64,000 nt of DNA from Fidelibacterota bacterium (GCA_018672235.1 JABHGE010000003.1:3699-67698), one strand, 5' to 3'. Positions 49,613 to 60,707 are shown, counted from the stretch's first letter. Numbers and translations: made by a program. The notes: generated by a model from the sequence alone, not told the origin.

Positions 49613-50019
49613 CTTCTGTTCTCTTTCACCCATTCCTCAATATATTCGAGAGACATCTTAACTGGAGTACCAGGTCCAAATAGCTTTCCAACTCCTATCT
49701 TTGCAAGTTCCTTACTGTCTTCTTCTGGAATGATACCGCCGCCAGTTACTAAAACATTCTCTAATTTTAAATCTTTGATTAGTGTCATCACTTTGGTAAA
49801 AATAGTCATATGCGCTCCCGACAGAATAGACAAGGCAATAACATCAGCTCCTTCTTGAATAGCCACCCTTACAATGCTGTCAGGAGTTTGACGAAGACCA
49901 AGATAAATAACATCCATTCCTGCGTCGCGATAAGCGGCGGCAAGAACCTTGATACCTCTGTCATGTCCATCCAGACCAGGCTTTGCCATTAAAATTCTAA
50001 TTGGTGGGTTTAAGCTCAT
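49609..50019 (-). CDS. cobalamin (B12)-binding domain protein, methylmalonyl-CoA-mutase small-subunit-like
   Basis: 136 aa. It has the AKPGLDGHDRG motif (DxHxxG base-off/His-on), LSILSGAH and TGGGIIP. Confidence 0.85.
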   Translation of the reverse strand: MSLNPPIRILMAKPGLDGHDRGIKVLAAAYRDAGMDVIYLGLRQTPDSIVRVAIQEGADVIALSILSGAHMTIFTKVMTLIKDLKLENVLVTGGGIIPEEDSKELAKIGVGKLFGPGTPVKMSLEYIEEWVKENRR

Positions 50020-50031
50020 AATAGGTATAAT

Positions 50032-53000
50032 TTAACTAATCCAAACGTTTGATTCCCCTAATAAATCTCTCAACATAATTAGGAAATGATTGCTACTTGA
50101 TACTCTAATTTTTTTCGATATAATTCTGCGCGAAGATCCGTCTTGATTTTGCATATGGACAATAAATAAGCTTTGACCTTGATTGTCCATTGCATATTTA
50201 TGTACCTCATCTACGGTATCTTTTGTCACTTTTTTGCCTATTTTTATATTAATCTCTTTTAGCTTCAATACTTTTTTTGCATGATTAATTGGCACCACTT
50301 CATCTACGATAATTTTTAAATCAGAGAAATCGTTTTGTGATGTAGAGTTCCCTACTAAGAACACAATATTACCTTCACTAATAATTTCTTTATATTTTTC
50401 AAATGCATCATGAAAAATTATTGACTCTACCTGTCCTCCCAAACAGTCCAAGTTAAAGAATGCCATTGGCTGATTTTTTTTATCATAGTGTAGTTTAAAG
50501 CTCGACACTGCTCCACCAATTCTAATCAGGCTATTTTCTTTTAAAAATTTTTTCTCAGTAAAATCATAATTACTTAATTCTTCTAATGTGTCAGCATATT
50601 TTAATAATGGATTCCCTGATACATAGAGTCCTAATACTTCTTTCTCTTTGCTTAGTTTTTCTTGGCTCTCCCAATCTTCTATATTTGGTAGATCGGGCTG
50701 CTTTACAAGGTCTTCTTCTTCAGAAAATAAATCAATTTGGTTTTTATTTGATGCTTTATCTACCTGTTGTCCATAGCTAATAGCAATATCTACAGCCTCA
50801 AATAATTGGGCTCTATTCGGTGAAATCGAATCAAATGCACCAGCCAATATAAGACTCTCTAGCACTTTTTTATTAACTAAGCGTTGATCTATTTTTGTTA
50901 CAAAATCAAAAATGGAAGTAAACTCTCCCTGGTCTTTTCTAACTTGTATAAATTGCTCTAATGCTTTAATTCCTACATTCTTAACAGCATTTAATCCAAA
51001 AGAAATTTCTGTATCATTTAGTGGAATGAAATTGATGTCAGATTTGTTGACGTTGGGAGCATTCACTTTAATATTTAATTTTCGACACTCATTTATTAGT
51101 ACTACAACTCTATTTGTGTTGGTCATTTCACTTGTTAGGTTAGCTGACATAAACTCTGCTGTATAATGTGTTTTGAGCCAGCCGGTCTGATAGGCAATAT
51201 AAGAATATGCCACTGAATGACTTTTATTAAATCCGTATTGTGCAAACTTATCAATTAATTCAAAAATTTGTTTTGCTTTAGCTTTTGTTAGCCCGTTCTT
51301 CACTGCTCCTGCAACAAATCTTTCGGCCATTTCATCCATCAAAGATCGAATTTTTTTACCAATAGCTCTTCTCATTTCATCTGCTTCTGAAAGTGTAAAG
51401 CCAGCAATAATATTTGCAATTTGCATCACTTGCTCTTGATAGACTATAATCCCATGCGTTTCTTTTAATGCTTCTTCTAGTAGGGGGTGAACATACTCTA
51501 CTTTCTCTTCGCCATGAGCTCTCTTAATATAGCGATCAATGTTTTGCATTGGACCTGGCCTATATAGTGCATTCATCGCAACCAAACCTTCAATTTCTGT
51601 TGGTTTTAATTTTTTTAAAAATTCTCTCATTCCGGAAGATTCAAACTGGAATATTCCAACTGTTAAGCCTTTTGCAAACAGTTCATAGACTTTGGGATCA
51701 TCCATGGGAATGGTATTAATATCAATTTCTTTATCAAATCTTGTCTTAATTAGTCCTAAAGCTTTATCAATAACTGTTAAGTTTCTTAGGCCTAAAAAAT
51801 CCATTTTTAGAAGACCTACTGATTCTAATTCTTTCATATCATACTGTGTTGTCGTATCGCCTTGAGAAGATTTATAAAGAGGAACAAAGTCTGTTAAATT
51901 TCCTGGAGCCACTACTACGCCTGCAGCGTGAATGGATGCATGTCTAGTCATTCCCTCTAAGACCTTAGCATTTTCTAACAATCCTTTATGAGAAGTTTGT
52001 GATACTGTACGCAATTCAGAACTTTGCTTGAGGGCTTTATCTAATGTCATGTTTGGGCCTTCTGGAATCATTTTTGCAATACCGTCAACTTCAGAGTAAG
52101 GGTAGCTCATTACTCGCCCTACATCTCTAATTACTCCACGTGCATTCATTTTCCCAAATGTAATAATCTGCGTTACAGACTCTTCACCATATATACTTTT
52201 AATATAATCAATAACCTGACCTCTACGTTCAACACAGAAATCAATATCAATATCTGGTAAGCTGATTCTATCAGGATTTAAGAAACGTTCAAAAATCAAA
52301 TTATGTTTTAAGGGATCGATATTTGTGATATCTAGACAATATGATACAAGACTACCTGGTGCAGACCCTCTACCTGGACCTACTGGAATTTTATTTTTTT
52401 TGGCGTATTGAACAAAATCTGCCGTAATTAAAAAGTAACTGGCAAATCCCATCTTCTTAATAACAGATAATTCATAAGTTAACCTGGTTTTCATTTCTTC
52501 TGTATAGTCACTAAATTTCTTTTTTATACCTTCTTCGCAGAGCAACTTCAAGTAAGCATCAACATCCTTTAAGTTAGATTCTTCTGGAATTTGATACCAA
52601 GGTAGATGATAGTCATCCATAGGAATATCTAAATCAATACTATCTGTAATTGCGCGTGTATTTTCTAAGGCTTCAGGAAATTCTTTAAATAAAGAAAACA
52701 TCTCATCTTGGGATTTAAAATAAAATTCATTCCCAGGATATTTTAATCTTTTAGTATCGCTGAGCTGTTTTCCTGTACCAATACATATATGCACGTCATG
52801 TGCGGTATGATGTTCTTTTTTGGCATAATGCGCATCATTAGTTGCAACAATTGGTAGCCCCATATCTTTGGCTAGCTTTGAAGCTAATTGTATATTTTGT
52901 ATTTCTTCTGGGATGCCATGATTTTGCAATTCAATATAGTAGCGTCCCGGGAAAATACTTGAGTACTCTTCCGCCACAGCTTTTCCTCTTTCATATCCAC

Positions 53001-53454
53001 TATATAGAAGGGCCTCTGGCAAACTTCCTTTCAAACACGCAGACATACATATAATACCCTCATTATATTTCTTTAAAATTTCTAAATCTACTCTAGGCTT
53101 ATAATAAAATCCTTCAAGATAGCCGTGAGTAACAATTTTCATTAAGTTTTTGTAGCCTTTTAGATTTTGTGCAATTAATACGAGGTGATTATAATTTCCC
53201 ATACCACCAGATTTGTCTCTTACTAGACTACTGCCTTTAGCTACATAGACTTCACAGCCAATAATAGGTTTGATATTATTTTTTTTTGCCTGCTTATAAA
53301 AAGAAATTGCACCAAATAAATTACCATGTTCCGTGAGTGCAACTGAATCCATGCTTAAGTCATCCATGGTTTCTAATATAGAAGTAACATTCTGTGCACC
53401 ATCTAATAAGCTATGGTCAGAATGATTGTGTAAGTGTATAAATTCGCTTTTCAT
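50032..53454 (-). CDS. dnaE: DNA polymerase III alpha subunit
   Basis: 1140 aa. It has the N-terminal PHP motif FIHLHNHSDHSLLDG, the polymerase core (GRGSAPGSLV, PDIDIDF) and OB-fold regions. Confidence 0.95.
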   Translation of the reverse strand: MKSEFIHLHNHSDHSLLDGAQNVTSILETMDDLSMDSVALTEHGNLFGAISFYKQAKKNNIKPIIGCEVYVAKGSSLVRDKSGGMGNYNHLVLIAQNLKGYKNLMKIVTHGYLEGFYYKPRVDLEILKKYNEGIICMSACLKGSLPEALLYSGYERGKAVAEEYSSIFPGRYYIELQNHGIPEEIQNIQLASKLAKDMGLPIVATNDAHYAKKEHHTAHDVHICIGTGKQLSDTKRLKYPGNEFYFKSQDEMFSLFKEFPEALENTRAITDSIDLDIPMDDYHLPWYQIPEESNLKDVDAYLKLLCEEGIKKKFSDYTEEMKTRLTYELSVIKKMGFASYFLITADFVQYAKKNKIPVGPGRGSAPGSLVSYCLDITNIDPLKHNLIFERFLNPDRISLPDIDIDFCVERRGQVIDYIKSIYGEESVTQIITFGKMNARGVIRDVGRVMSYPYSEVDGIAKMIPEGPNMTLDKALKQSSELRTVSQTSHKGLLENAKVLEGMTRHASIHAAGVVVAPGNLTDFVPLYKSSQGDTTTQYDMKELESVGLLKMDFLGLRNLTVIDKALGLIKTRFDKEIDINTIPMDDPKVYELFAKGLTVGIFQFESSGMREFLKKLKPTEIEGLVAMNALYRPGPMQNIDRYIKRAHGEEKVEYVHPLLEEALKETHGIIVYQEQVMQIANIIAGFTLSEADEMRRAIGKKIRSLMDEMAERFVAGAVKNGLTKAKAKQIFELIDKFAQYGFNKSHSVAYSYIAYQTGWLKTHYTAEFMSANLTSEMTNTNRVVVLINECRKLNIKVNAPNVNKSDINFIPLNDTEISFGLNAVKNVGIKALEQFIQVRKDQGEFTSIFDFVTKIDQRLVNKKVLESLILAGAFDSISPNRAQLFEAVDIAISYGQQVDKASNKNQIDLFSEEEDLVKQPDLPNIEDWESQEKLSKEKEVLGLYVSGNPLLKYADTLEELSNYDFTEKKFLKENSLIRIGGAVSSFKLHYDKKNQPMAFFNLDCLGGQVESIIFHDAFEKYKEIISEGNIVFLVGNSTSQNDFSDLKIIVDEVVPINHAKKVLKLKEINIKIGKKVTKDTVDEVHKYAMDNQGQSLFIVHMQNQDGSSRRIISKKIRVSSSNHFLIMLRDLLGESNVWIS

Positions 53455-53456
53455 GA

Positions 53457-54308
53457 CTATTTAAAAAATACTTTAATTACTCTCTTATTTCCTTCTAAAT
53501 CTTTAAAAAATATACTATCAATATTGCTATTATTATGAATCATATCAATGATTTGATTTGTAATTATAGATTTAGGTATCTCAAAATACATGGAACCTTC
53601 TTTCTCGATGAGGATCGATAGGTTATTAATGAAATATTTATAGAACTTAAGTCCATCTTCTTGGTCTGATAGAGCTTTTAATGGATCGTGGTTCTTTACA
53701 GAGGGATCTAACTGAGAAATCTCTTCAATACCAAGATAAGGAGGGTTGCTCACTATAATATCAAATTTTTTGATGGGCATTTCAAAAATATCCTGCTTGA
53801 TAATTTCTACATTGGGTATGTTTAAGTGTTGTGCATTTTTATTCGCAATATCAATTGCTTGATTTGATATATCTATACTTTTTACATCAAAATTTTTATA
53901 CAAGCTGGCAATAGTGATTCCTATACATCCGCTACCACAACCAATGTCTAGTACTGTTTTTTTTTCAGTTGCACCAAAGTCATTCTGAATACAATCAATA
54001 ATTAATTCGGTTTCTGGTCTAGGGATAAAAACACCAGGAGGAGTAAAGAACTCGTGTTCATAAAAATAGGTCTTACCAATAATATGCTGTACCGGCACAT
54101 CCTTTAATAGCAGCGAAAATGATTCCTTTAAATGCTCTAAATGCTGGTGTGGTATAAAATTATCATTAAGATATAAATCAGACTTTTCTATACCTAAAAC
54201 AGACTCAATAAGCATTTCTGATTTTTGCTTATACTCATCTATATTATTTTTTTTCAGATCCACTAACTGTTTATTAAAAAAATCAATTACTAGATAATTT
54301 GAATGCAT
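53457..54308 (-). CDS. prmC: release-factor glutamine N5-methyltransferase
   Basis: 283 aa with the SAM motif VLDIGCGSGCIG and catalytic NPPY (VSNPPYLG). It lies directly downstream of prfA. Confidence 0.85.
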   Translation of the reverse strand: MHSNYLVIDFFNKQLVDLKKNNIDEYKQKSEMLIESVLGIEKSDLYLNDNFIPHQHLEHLKESFSLLLKDVPVQHIIGKTYFYEHEFFTPPGVFIPRPETELIIDCIQNDFGATEKKTVLDIGCGSGCIGITIASLYKNFDVKSIDISNQAIDIANKNAQHLNIPNVEIIKQDIFEMPIKKFDIIVSNPPYLGIEEISQLDPSVKNHDPLKALSDQEDGLKFYKYFINNLSILIEKEGSMYFEIPKSIITNQIIDMIHNNSNIDSIFFKDLEGNKRVIKVFFK

Positions 54309-54309
54309 A

Positions 54310-55368
54310 TTAATTAATCTTAGAATTATCCTCTGCGAGCTTTAGCTGCTCTATAATATGGTCTAAATCACCTTCCAGCGTCACTTGCAATTTGTGGGTG
54401 GTATAATTTATTCTATGATCAGTAATACGTCCTTGTGGGAAATTATATGTTCTAATTTTTGCTGAACGATCTCCCGTAGATACTAAGCTTTTACGCATTT
54501 CAGCTCTATCTTTATTAAGTTTTTCTTCTTCTAGGGCAAATAATCTTGCTCTTAAAACCTTTAGCGCTGAAGCTTTGTTTTTATGTTGTGAGGCTTGATC
54601 TTGGCAAGTCACTACTAAGCCTGTTGGGATATGTGTAAGTCTAATAGCAGATTCAGTTTTATTAACATGCTGCCCGCCAGCTCCACTGGCACGATAGGTG
54701 TCAACCTTAATATCTGTTGCTTCATTAATGTCTAGCTCTGCCTTTTCTGCCTCTGGCAAAACTGCAACTGTAGCTGCTGAAGTATGTACGCGACCCCCAG
54801 ATTCTGTTTTTGGAATTCTTTGGACTCTATGAACACCTCCTTCATACTTATAAATACCGTAAGCCTTATTACCTTCTGCGCTAAAAATCACAGACTTTAA
54901 TCCACCCACACCTGTTTCATGCATATCCATAACATTAATAGATAAATTATTTTTTTCCGCATACCTGGAATACATTCTGAATAAATCAGCTACAAATAAT
55001 GCAGCCTCGTCTCCTCCAGTACCAGCCCTGACTTCAATAATAGCGCTTTTATTATCATTTGGATCGTCTGTGATTAATATTTTAATTAAAGCATCTTCAA
55101 TTTTTTGTAACTGAGCGTTTAAAGTAACTTTTTCTTCTTTAATTAACTCTGCGTAATCTGGATCATCCTCTAAGCCCTCCAATTCTTTATGCTCTTTAGT
55201 AAGTGCAACAAATTGAATACTTAAATCGTATATTTCTTGTATAGCGCTTTTTTGTTTTGAAAGGGTGGCTAGTTTATCTTGATCTAAGACATTGGAAGGA
55301 TTTATCATTTCTTCCATGATATTGTCATATTCTACAATAGTGCTGTTTACTTTAGATAAGATGTCCAT
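54310..55368 (-). CDS. prfA: peptide chain release factor 1
   Basis: 352 aa with a PxT-type recognition tripeptide (RIPKTES) and the GGQ motif (SGAGGQHVNKTESA). Confidence 0.95.
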   Translation of the reverse strand: MDILSKVNSTIVEYDNIMEEMINPSNVLDQDKLATLSKQKSAIQEIYDLSIQFVALTKEHKELEGLEDDPDYAELIKEEKVTLNAQLQKIEDALIKILITDDPNDNKSAIIEVRAGTGGDEAALFVADLFRMYSRYAEKNNLSINVMDMHETGVGGLKSVIFSAEGNKAYGIYKYEGGVHRVQRIPKTESGGRVHTSAATVAVLPEAEKAELDINEATDIKVDTYRASGAGGQHVNKTESAIRLTHIPTGLVVTCQDQASQHKNKASALKVLRARLFALEEEKLNKDRAEMRKSLVSTGDRSAKIRTYNFPQGRITDHRINYTTHKLQVTLEGDLDHIIEQLKLAEDNSKIN

Positions 55369-55396
55369 AGGCTAAAAAGTTCTAAATAAAAAATGC

Positions 55397-55651
55397 TTAA
55401 GAAGCTTTTTTATTATACTTGCGGTTGAATTTTTCAATTCTTCCAGCAGTATCTACTAATGTACGTTGCCCTGTATAGTATGGATGTGACTTATCCGAGA
55501 TATCCAACTTGAATAATGGATATTCTTTTCCGTCTTCCCACTTAACAGTTTTATCTGTTTTGACAGTAGATCGAGTCAAGAAAGAATAGTTACATGAACT
55601 ATCTTCGAAGACAACCAATCTATATTCTTCTGAATGTGTATCTTTTTTCAT
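55397..55651 (-). CDS. rpmE2: 50S ribosomal protein L31, type B (zinc-independent)
   Basis: 84 aa with an L31 pattern (HPYYTG, VDTAGRIEKFNRKY). It has a single Cys and no CxxC pairs. Its start overlaps the upstream stop as ATGA. Confidence 0.85.
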   Translation of the reverse strand: MKKDTHSEEYRLVVFEDSSCNYSFLTRSTVKTDKTVKWEDGKEYPLFKLDISDKSHPYYTGQRTLVDTAGRIEKFNRKYNKKAS

Positions 55652-56871
55652 TTTAATTCTTTTAAACTTTCTTTTATTCTTTTAATACCACTTTTGATGA
55701 TTTCACTACTTGTTGCAAAAGAAAATCTTAAATAACCTTTTGCGCCAAAACCATCTCCTGCAACTGTTACTACTCTTGCAGTGTCGAGAATATAGTCAGA
55801 AAGGTCGAAAGTGTCGCGTAAAATTTTACCATCTTTTGTTTCCCTATTAAGATAGGTTGAAAAGTCAGGAAACATATAAAATGCTCCTCCAGGCATATCA
55901 CATGTTATGCCATCTAGCTCATTTAAGGCTTCAAACATAACCTGTCTTCTTTCTTGAAATTTATACTTCATATCTAGTATAGGTTTCTGATCTCCCAAGA
56001 GGGCGGCGACAGATGCTTTTTGACCGATAGCGTTAGGACAAGAAGTTGTTTGACCTTGAATTTTAGACATGGCTTTTACAATTATTTCATTTGCAGTAGC
56101 ATATCCAATGCGCCAGCCAGTCATAGCATATGTTTTTGACATGCTTCTAATCGTTAATATTTCTGCACCAATAGTATTTAGGACATCAAGAGCAGTAAAC
56201 TTTCTATCATAAACTAGCTCTTCATATGTTTCATCAGAAATAACAACCCAATTATTTGCTTTACTAATTTCTAGCATTTTGGTAATTGCTTCATCTGACC
56301 ATACTCCACCAGTGGGATTACTAGGTGAATTAATAATTATACCCTTAATAGAAGAATCAACTGTTTTCAAGTCATATCCATCTACAATTTTTTTATGTAA
56401 ATCATCAAAATCAGGTTCGAATTGTTTGGATACCAGAGTATCTACTAATAGAGGTTCAGCTCCCGACAATCGCACAAACTCCGGGAAAGAAACCCAATAG
56501 GGTGAAAAAATAATGACTTTATCTCCTTCTTCAAAAAGCGCTTGGCATGCTACAGATAATGATTGTTTACCACCATTCGATACAATGATCTGATTGGTAT
56601 CATATAAGATACCCGTATCATTCTTTACCTTGGTTTGGATAGCCTCTTTTAGCTCTAACATTCCAGAGCCTGGCGTATACTTAGTATAGCCATCATCCAT
56701 TGCTTTTTGTCCTGCCTCTATAATATGTCGAGGAGTATTGAAGTCTGGCTCACCAACACCAAAATTAATTACATCTACACCCTTAGCTCTTAATGCGGCA
56801 GCTCTAGCCGTCATTTGTAATGTAAAAGATGGTTTGATCTTATCAACTAATCTTGATAAAGATATAGACAT
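55648..56871 (-). CDS. class I PLP-dependent (aspartate-type) aminotransferase
   Basis: 407 aa. It has INFGVGEPDF, NPSNPTG and SMSKTYAMTGWRIGY (PLP lysine). Confidence 0.88.
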   Translation of the reverse strand: MSISLSRLVDKIKPSFTLQMTARAAALRAKGVDVINFGVGEPDFNTPRHIIEAGQKAMDDGYTKYTPGSGMLELKEAIQTKVKNDTGILYDTNQIIVSNGGKQSLSVACQALFEEGDKVIIFSPYWVSFPEFVRLSGAEPLLVDTLVSKQFEPDFDDLHKKIVDGYDLKTVDSSIKGIIINSPSNPTGGVWSDEAITKMLEISKANNWVVISDETYEELVYDRKFTALDVLNTIGAEILTIRSMSKTYAMTGWRIGYATANEIIVKAMSKIQGQTTSCPNAIGQKASVAALLGDQKPILDMKYKFQERRQVMFEALNELDGITCDMPGGAFYMFPDFSTYLNRETKDGKILRDTFDLSDYILDTARVVTVAGDGFGAKGYLRFSFATSSEIIKSGIKRIKESLKELK

Positions 56872-56872
56872 A

Positions 56873-58195
56873 TTACTGACTCATTAAATCAAGAAATTCT
56901 TGATTTGTCTTAGTTCTTCTCATTCTTTCTGTCATAAAATTCATAGACTGCTCTGTACTCATTTCTCCTAACATTTTTCTTAAAATCCATATTCTGGATA
57001 TATGTTGTGGAGATAGAAGAAGCTCTTCTTTTCTAGTACCAGATTTCACAATATTAAATGCTGGATAAATACGTCTATCACTAAGTTCGCGATCTAAAAC
57101 AAGTTCCATGTTGCCGGTCCCTTTAAACTCTTCAAAAATTACACCGTCCATTTTACTGCCTGTATCAATTAGAGCTGTAGCAATAATAGTTAAACTACCA
57201 CCTTCCTCTGTATTACGAGCTGCTCCAAAAAATTTCTTTGGTTTTCTGAGGGCATTTGAATCAACTCCACCGGACAAAATCTTTCCACTATGAGGAATTA
57301 CCGCATTATGTGCTCTACCTAATCGTGTAAGGCTATCAAGTAAAATTACAACGTCTTTTCCGCATTCTACTAAGCGTTGTGCTTTGTAAAGCGCCATATC
57401 TGACACTTGTACATGTCTCTCTGGTCCCTCATCAAACGTAGAGGCTATAACTTCAGCATCTACACTACGCTTCATTTCTGTTACTTCTTCAGGTCTTTCA
57501 TCAATCAATAAAATGATTAAAATTGTCTCTGGATGATTTCTTCTAATAGCGTTTGCAATTTTAGAAATTAAAATAGTTTTTCCGGTCTTAGGTTGTGCTA
57601 CAATTAATCCACGCTGACCTTTTCCAATCGGACAAACTAGATCCATAATTCTCATGGACATATCGCTGGTATTAGATAGATTAAATTTTTCATTTGGATG
57701 TAACGGTGTATACTTATCAAAAGATCTTTGGTGTCTTATCTGATCTGGGTCTACGCCATTTACTGTTTCTAGCTTTAATAATGCATGAAATCTTTCTTTA
57801 GTTTTTGGTGCCCTAGTACTGCCTTCTACAAAATGCCCTGTTTTTAACTTAAATTTTTTAATCTGTGATGGGCTCACATATATATCTTCTGGGCCGGGTA
57901 AATAATTATCATTTACGCTTCTTAAAAATCCATATCCATCAGGTAAAATCTCTAATACTCCTGCGGCTCTTTTTTCATTGCCTTCATTGTGATGAGATAG
58001 ATTCTTTGGGGCTTCTTTTACTTCAATATTTTTTTCTGGTCTTGGCGCCTCTTCTTTCTTTTCAGTGGGAGCAGCGCTAACCATAGCGTTCATCAATTCT
58101 TCTTTTGAAAAGGAAGAGATTTTTTCTATGCCCATCGTTTTTGCAATTTCTTTTAAATCGCTTAATTTTTTTTCTTTTAAATCGGTTAATTTCAT
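56873..58195 (-). CDS. rho: transcription termination factor Rho
   Basis: 440 aa. It has the N-terminal LSDLKEIAK helix bundle, the RNA-binding [14 protein letters not shown] motif, Walker A AQPKTGKT and the Q/R loops. A short K/E/P-rich insert lies between the N-terminal subdomains. Confidence 0.95.
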   Translation of the reverse strand: MKLTDLKEKKLSDLKEIAKTMGIEKISSFSKEELMNAMVSAAPTEKKEEAPRPEKNIEVKEAPKNLSHHNEGNEKRAAGVLEILPDGYGFLRSVNDNYLPGPEDIYVSPSQIKKFKLKTGHFVEGSTRAPKTKERFHALLKLETVNGVDPDQIRHQRSFDKYTPLHPNEKFNLSNTSDMSMRIMDLVCPIGKGQRGLIVAQPKTGKTILISKIANAIRRNHPETILIILLIDERPEEVTEMKRSVDAEVIASTFDEGPERHVQVSDMALYKAQRLVECGKDVVILLDSLTRLGRAHNAVIPHSGKILSGGVDSNALRKPKKFFGAARNTEEGGSLTIIATALIDTGSKMDGVIFEEFKGTGNMELVLDRELSDRRIYPAFNIVKSGTRKEELLLSPQHISRIWILRKMLGEMSTEQSMNFMTERMRRTKTNQEFLDLMSQ

Positions 58196-58258
58196 TAGTT
58201 CCTCTATTAATTGTGAAATGTACTTCTAGGGGGAAAACACCTTGAAACGAAAATTACA

Positions 58259-59503
58259 TCATATGATGCCATTGTCAAAGGAAAAATCAAAAAACTTATA
58301 CACCTCTTTTGCGATGTAATGACTACCAAATATTACTTTTCCGCCAGAGTAATCTAATTGATCTATTACAGTCAATGCATCTTGTAAATTTTCTATAAAT
58401 TCAAATTTTTGTAATAATGGATTATTCACAATCTCTTCTTTGTTGAGAATATCTTTCGAGGGGATAGTGGAAATAATAAGCCTTTCAAATGATTCGGAAA
58501 AAATTTCTACTAATTCGGGATTGATTTTATCCTTTTTCAACACCAGAAGACCCAAGGGCTTTCTATTGTATATATTTTGTATATCTTTAACAAGAATCTC
58601 AATGCCATTTCTATTGTGTGCTACGTCATAGAAAAAGTCTTTTTTCATTAACTGCATTCTTGCCGGCCAATACCAGCTATCTAGCGCCATCTGAATATTA
58701 TTATCTGAAATATTACTAAAATTATTAATACATGTCTCGATTGCTAGGACAGCATTTTGTGCTTGATATGAGCCTGCTTGAGGCAAAGTGAAGTTTTTAT
58801 TCCTGTACACAAAGTTTATTGAATTAGATGTTTGTTTGTTCGGAAGAATATGTTTTTTATCCACAAAAGAAACATCGACATTTTTAGCTCTAGCATGTTT
58901 TGTAATTGTATCAATGACTCGCTGATCTGAATTTATCGTTATAGTTGGAATATTTTCTTTAAAAATTCCACATTTTTCAGCAGTAATTTTTTCAATAGAA
59001 TCTCCCAAGATATGCATATGGTCATAATGAATCTCAGTAATGATTGTCTGAATAGGGGATAAAACATTTGTAGAATCTAGCCTACCTCCAAGGCCTGTTT
59101 CAATAATAGCAATATCTATATTTTGGTTGGCAAAGTGTTTGAAAGCCAAAGCAGTAGTTGCTTCAAAAAATGTAATGGAACTATCGATTAAAGTTTGTTT
59201 ATGTTTTTCAATAAACTCTACAATATCTTTGTCCAATATAGGAACGCCATCAATTCTTATCCTTTCATTAAAATTTATTAGGTGAGGAGATGTATATAGC
59301 CCTACTTTATAGCCATTTTCTTGTAAGATTTTTGCAATAATAGACGATGTGGATCCTTTACCGTTTGTGCCTGCTAAATGTATTGTTTTAATTTTATTAT
59401 GAGGATCTCCACAGACTTTTAAAAAACTTTCAATATTCTTTAGACCTAACTTTATCCCTCGATTATGTAGGCCATATAAAAATTCTAACGTAGAATTGAT
59501 CAT
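58259..59503 (-). CDS. folC: bifunctional folylpolyglutamate synthase / dihydrofolate synthase
   Basis: 414 aa with the Mur-ligase P-loop LAGTNGKGST and ETGLGGRLDSTN. Confidence 0.88.
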   Translation of the reverse strand: MINSTLEFLYGLHNRGIKLGLKNIESFLKVCGDPHNKIKTIHLAGTNGKGSTSSIIAKILQENGYKVGLYTSPHLINFNERIRIDGVPILDKDIVEFIEKHKQTLIDSSITFFEATTALAFKHFANQNIDIAIIETGLGGRLDSTNVLSPIQTIITEIHYDHMHILGDSIEKITAEKCGIFKENIPTITINSDQRVIDTITKHARAKNVDVSFVDKKHILPNKQTSNSINFVYRNKNFTLPQAGSYQAQNAVLAIETCINNFSNISDNNIQMALDSWYWPARMQLMKKDFFYDVAHNRNGIEILVKDIQNIYNRKPLGLLVLKKDKINPELVEIFSESFERLIISTIPSKDILNKEEIVNNPLLQKFEFIENLQDALTVIDQLDYSGGKVIFGSHYIAKEVYKFFDFSFDNGII

Positions 59504-59504
59504 G

Positions 59505-60680
59505 CTAATTGGTGTCTAGGGTCTGTTGATATCTCTCTATTGCTCTATAAATAGAAGTGGCTAATATATCTCTATACTGAGAGCTTTTTAATTTTTTTTC
59601 TTCTGCCGGATTAGATATATAGCCTAACTCAATTAAAACATTTGGCATCGAGGCATACGCCAAAACATAAAACCCAGCTTGTTTTATTCCCCTATCTTTA
59701 CTTTGCAATCTCTTGTTCATCTCTTCTTGAACTAGTGCAGCAAATTTTTCACTTCCGTTTGCAAATCCAGATTGTGCGATGGTTACCTTAATAAGAGCTT
59801 CATCTGTTAGTTTCGTAGTACTGCCGCCTTCAAGATCAAGTACTGCATTTTCTCTAGCAGCAGTTCTAACAGCGGCTGCATTTTTATTCATACCAATCAT
59901 GTATGTTTCAAAACCATTTGCTCTACGATCTTCGGCTGAGTTAGCATGAATACTAATAAATAATTTACCGTTATTTGAATTGGCAAGCTTTGTTCTGTCT
60001 TCTAATCTTATAAAAATATCTTCATCTCGCGTTAAAATTGTATTGATATTCATATTGCGTTCAATTTTTTTAACTAAGCGCTTTGCTACGTCTAGCGTGA
60101 TATCTTTTTCTTTGGTTCCTCTATACCCAATAGCTCCAGGATCTTTTCCTCCATGTCCAGGATCAATAATAATCGTATCAAGTTTCCACCTATTTTTTTC
60201 TTTCGTTAAATCCACATTAACTGCCGGAATTTCTTTGGTGTTTTTTATCTTAGAATTAAGGGAAATAGACATTGTAGTATAGTCTATCGATTGATGACCT
60301 GATCCATGAATTGATAGTATATTAAAAAAGTCATCTATTGGAACATAGTACTCATCATTGCTTTTGATTAACTTGCTTTGCATCTGATATATCTTATCAT
60401 CAATAACAATAAATGCAATATTTTGTGATAGCTTTACTTTTAAGCCGTCTATATAAATAACAATCTTCTTTGTTTTATCGTTTACAAAAAATCCACCACC
60501 AGTAATGCTACCAAAATCATTTACTGAAAGATAGTATTGATCTTTTTTCAAGAGATCTGCTTTGCCAAGGATGTTGTTATTGGCGCCTAAGACTGTAATC
60601 GATTGTTGATTGTTCGCTACAACGATAGATAGCAAAAAAAAGAGAGGTAGAATGCGATATAGGGAAATTAATAATCTCAT
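59505..60680 (-). CDS. N-acetylmuramoyl-L-alanine amidase (Amidase_3, AmiC-like with N-terminal targeting domain)
   Basis: 391 aa with a signal peptide and an N-terminal beta-rich (AMIN-like) region. The catalytic domain reads IIIDPGHGGKDPGA ... SIHAN ... ELGYISN. Confidence 0.85.
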   Translation of the reverse strand: MRLLISLYRILPLFFLLSIVVANNQQSITVLGANNNILGKADLLKKDQYYLSVNDFGSITGGGFFVNDKTKKIVIYIDGLKVKLSQNIAFIVIDDKIYQMQSKLIKSNDEYYVPIDDFFNILSIHGSGHQSIDYTTMSISLNSKIKNTKEIPAVNVDLTKEKNRWKLDTIIIDPGHGGKDPGAIGYRGTKEKDITLDVAKRLVKKIERNMNINTILTRDEDIFIRLEDRTKLANSNNGKLFISIHANSAEDRRANGFETYMIGMNKNAAAVRTAARENAVLDLEGGSTTKLTDEALIKVTIAQSGFANGSEKFAALVQEEMNKRLQSKDRGIKQAGFYVLAYASMPNVLIELGYISNPAEEKKLKSSQYRDILATSIYRAIERYQQTLDTN

Positions 60681-60707
60681 AGTATAAAATTATTATAAAT
60701 ATAACGT

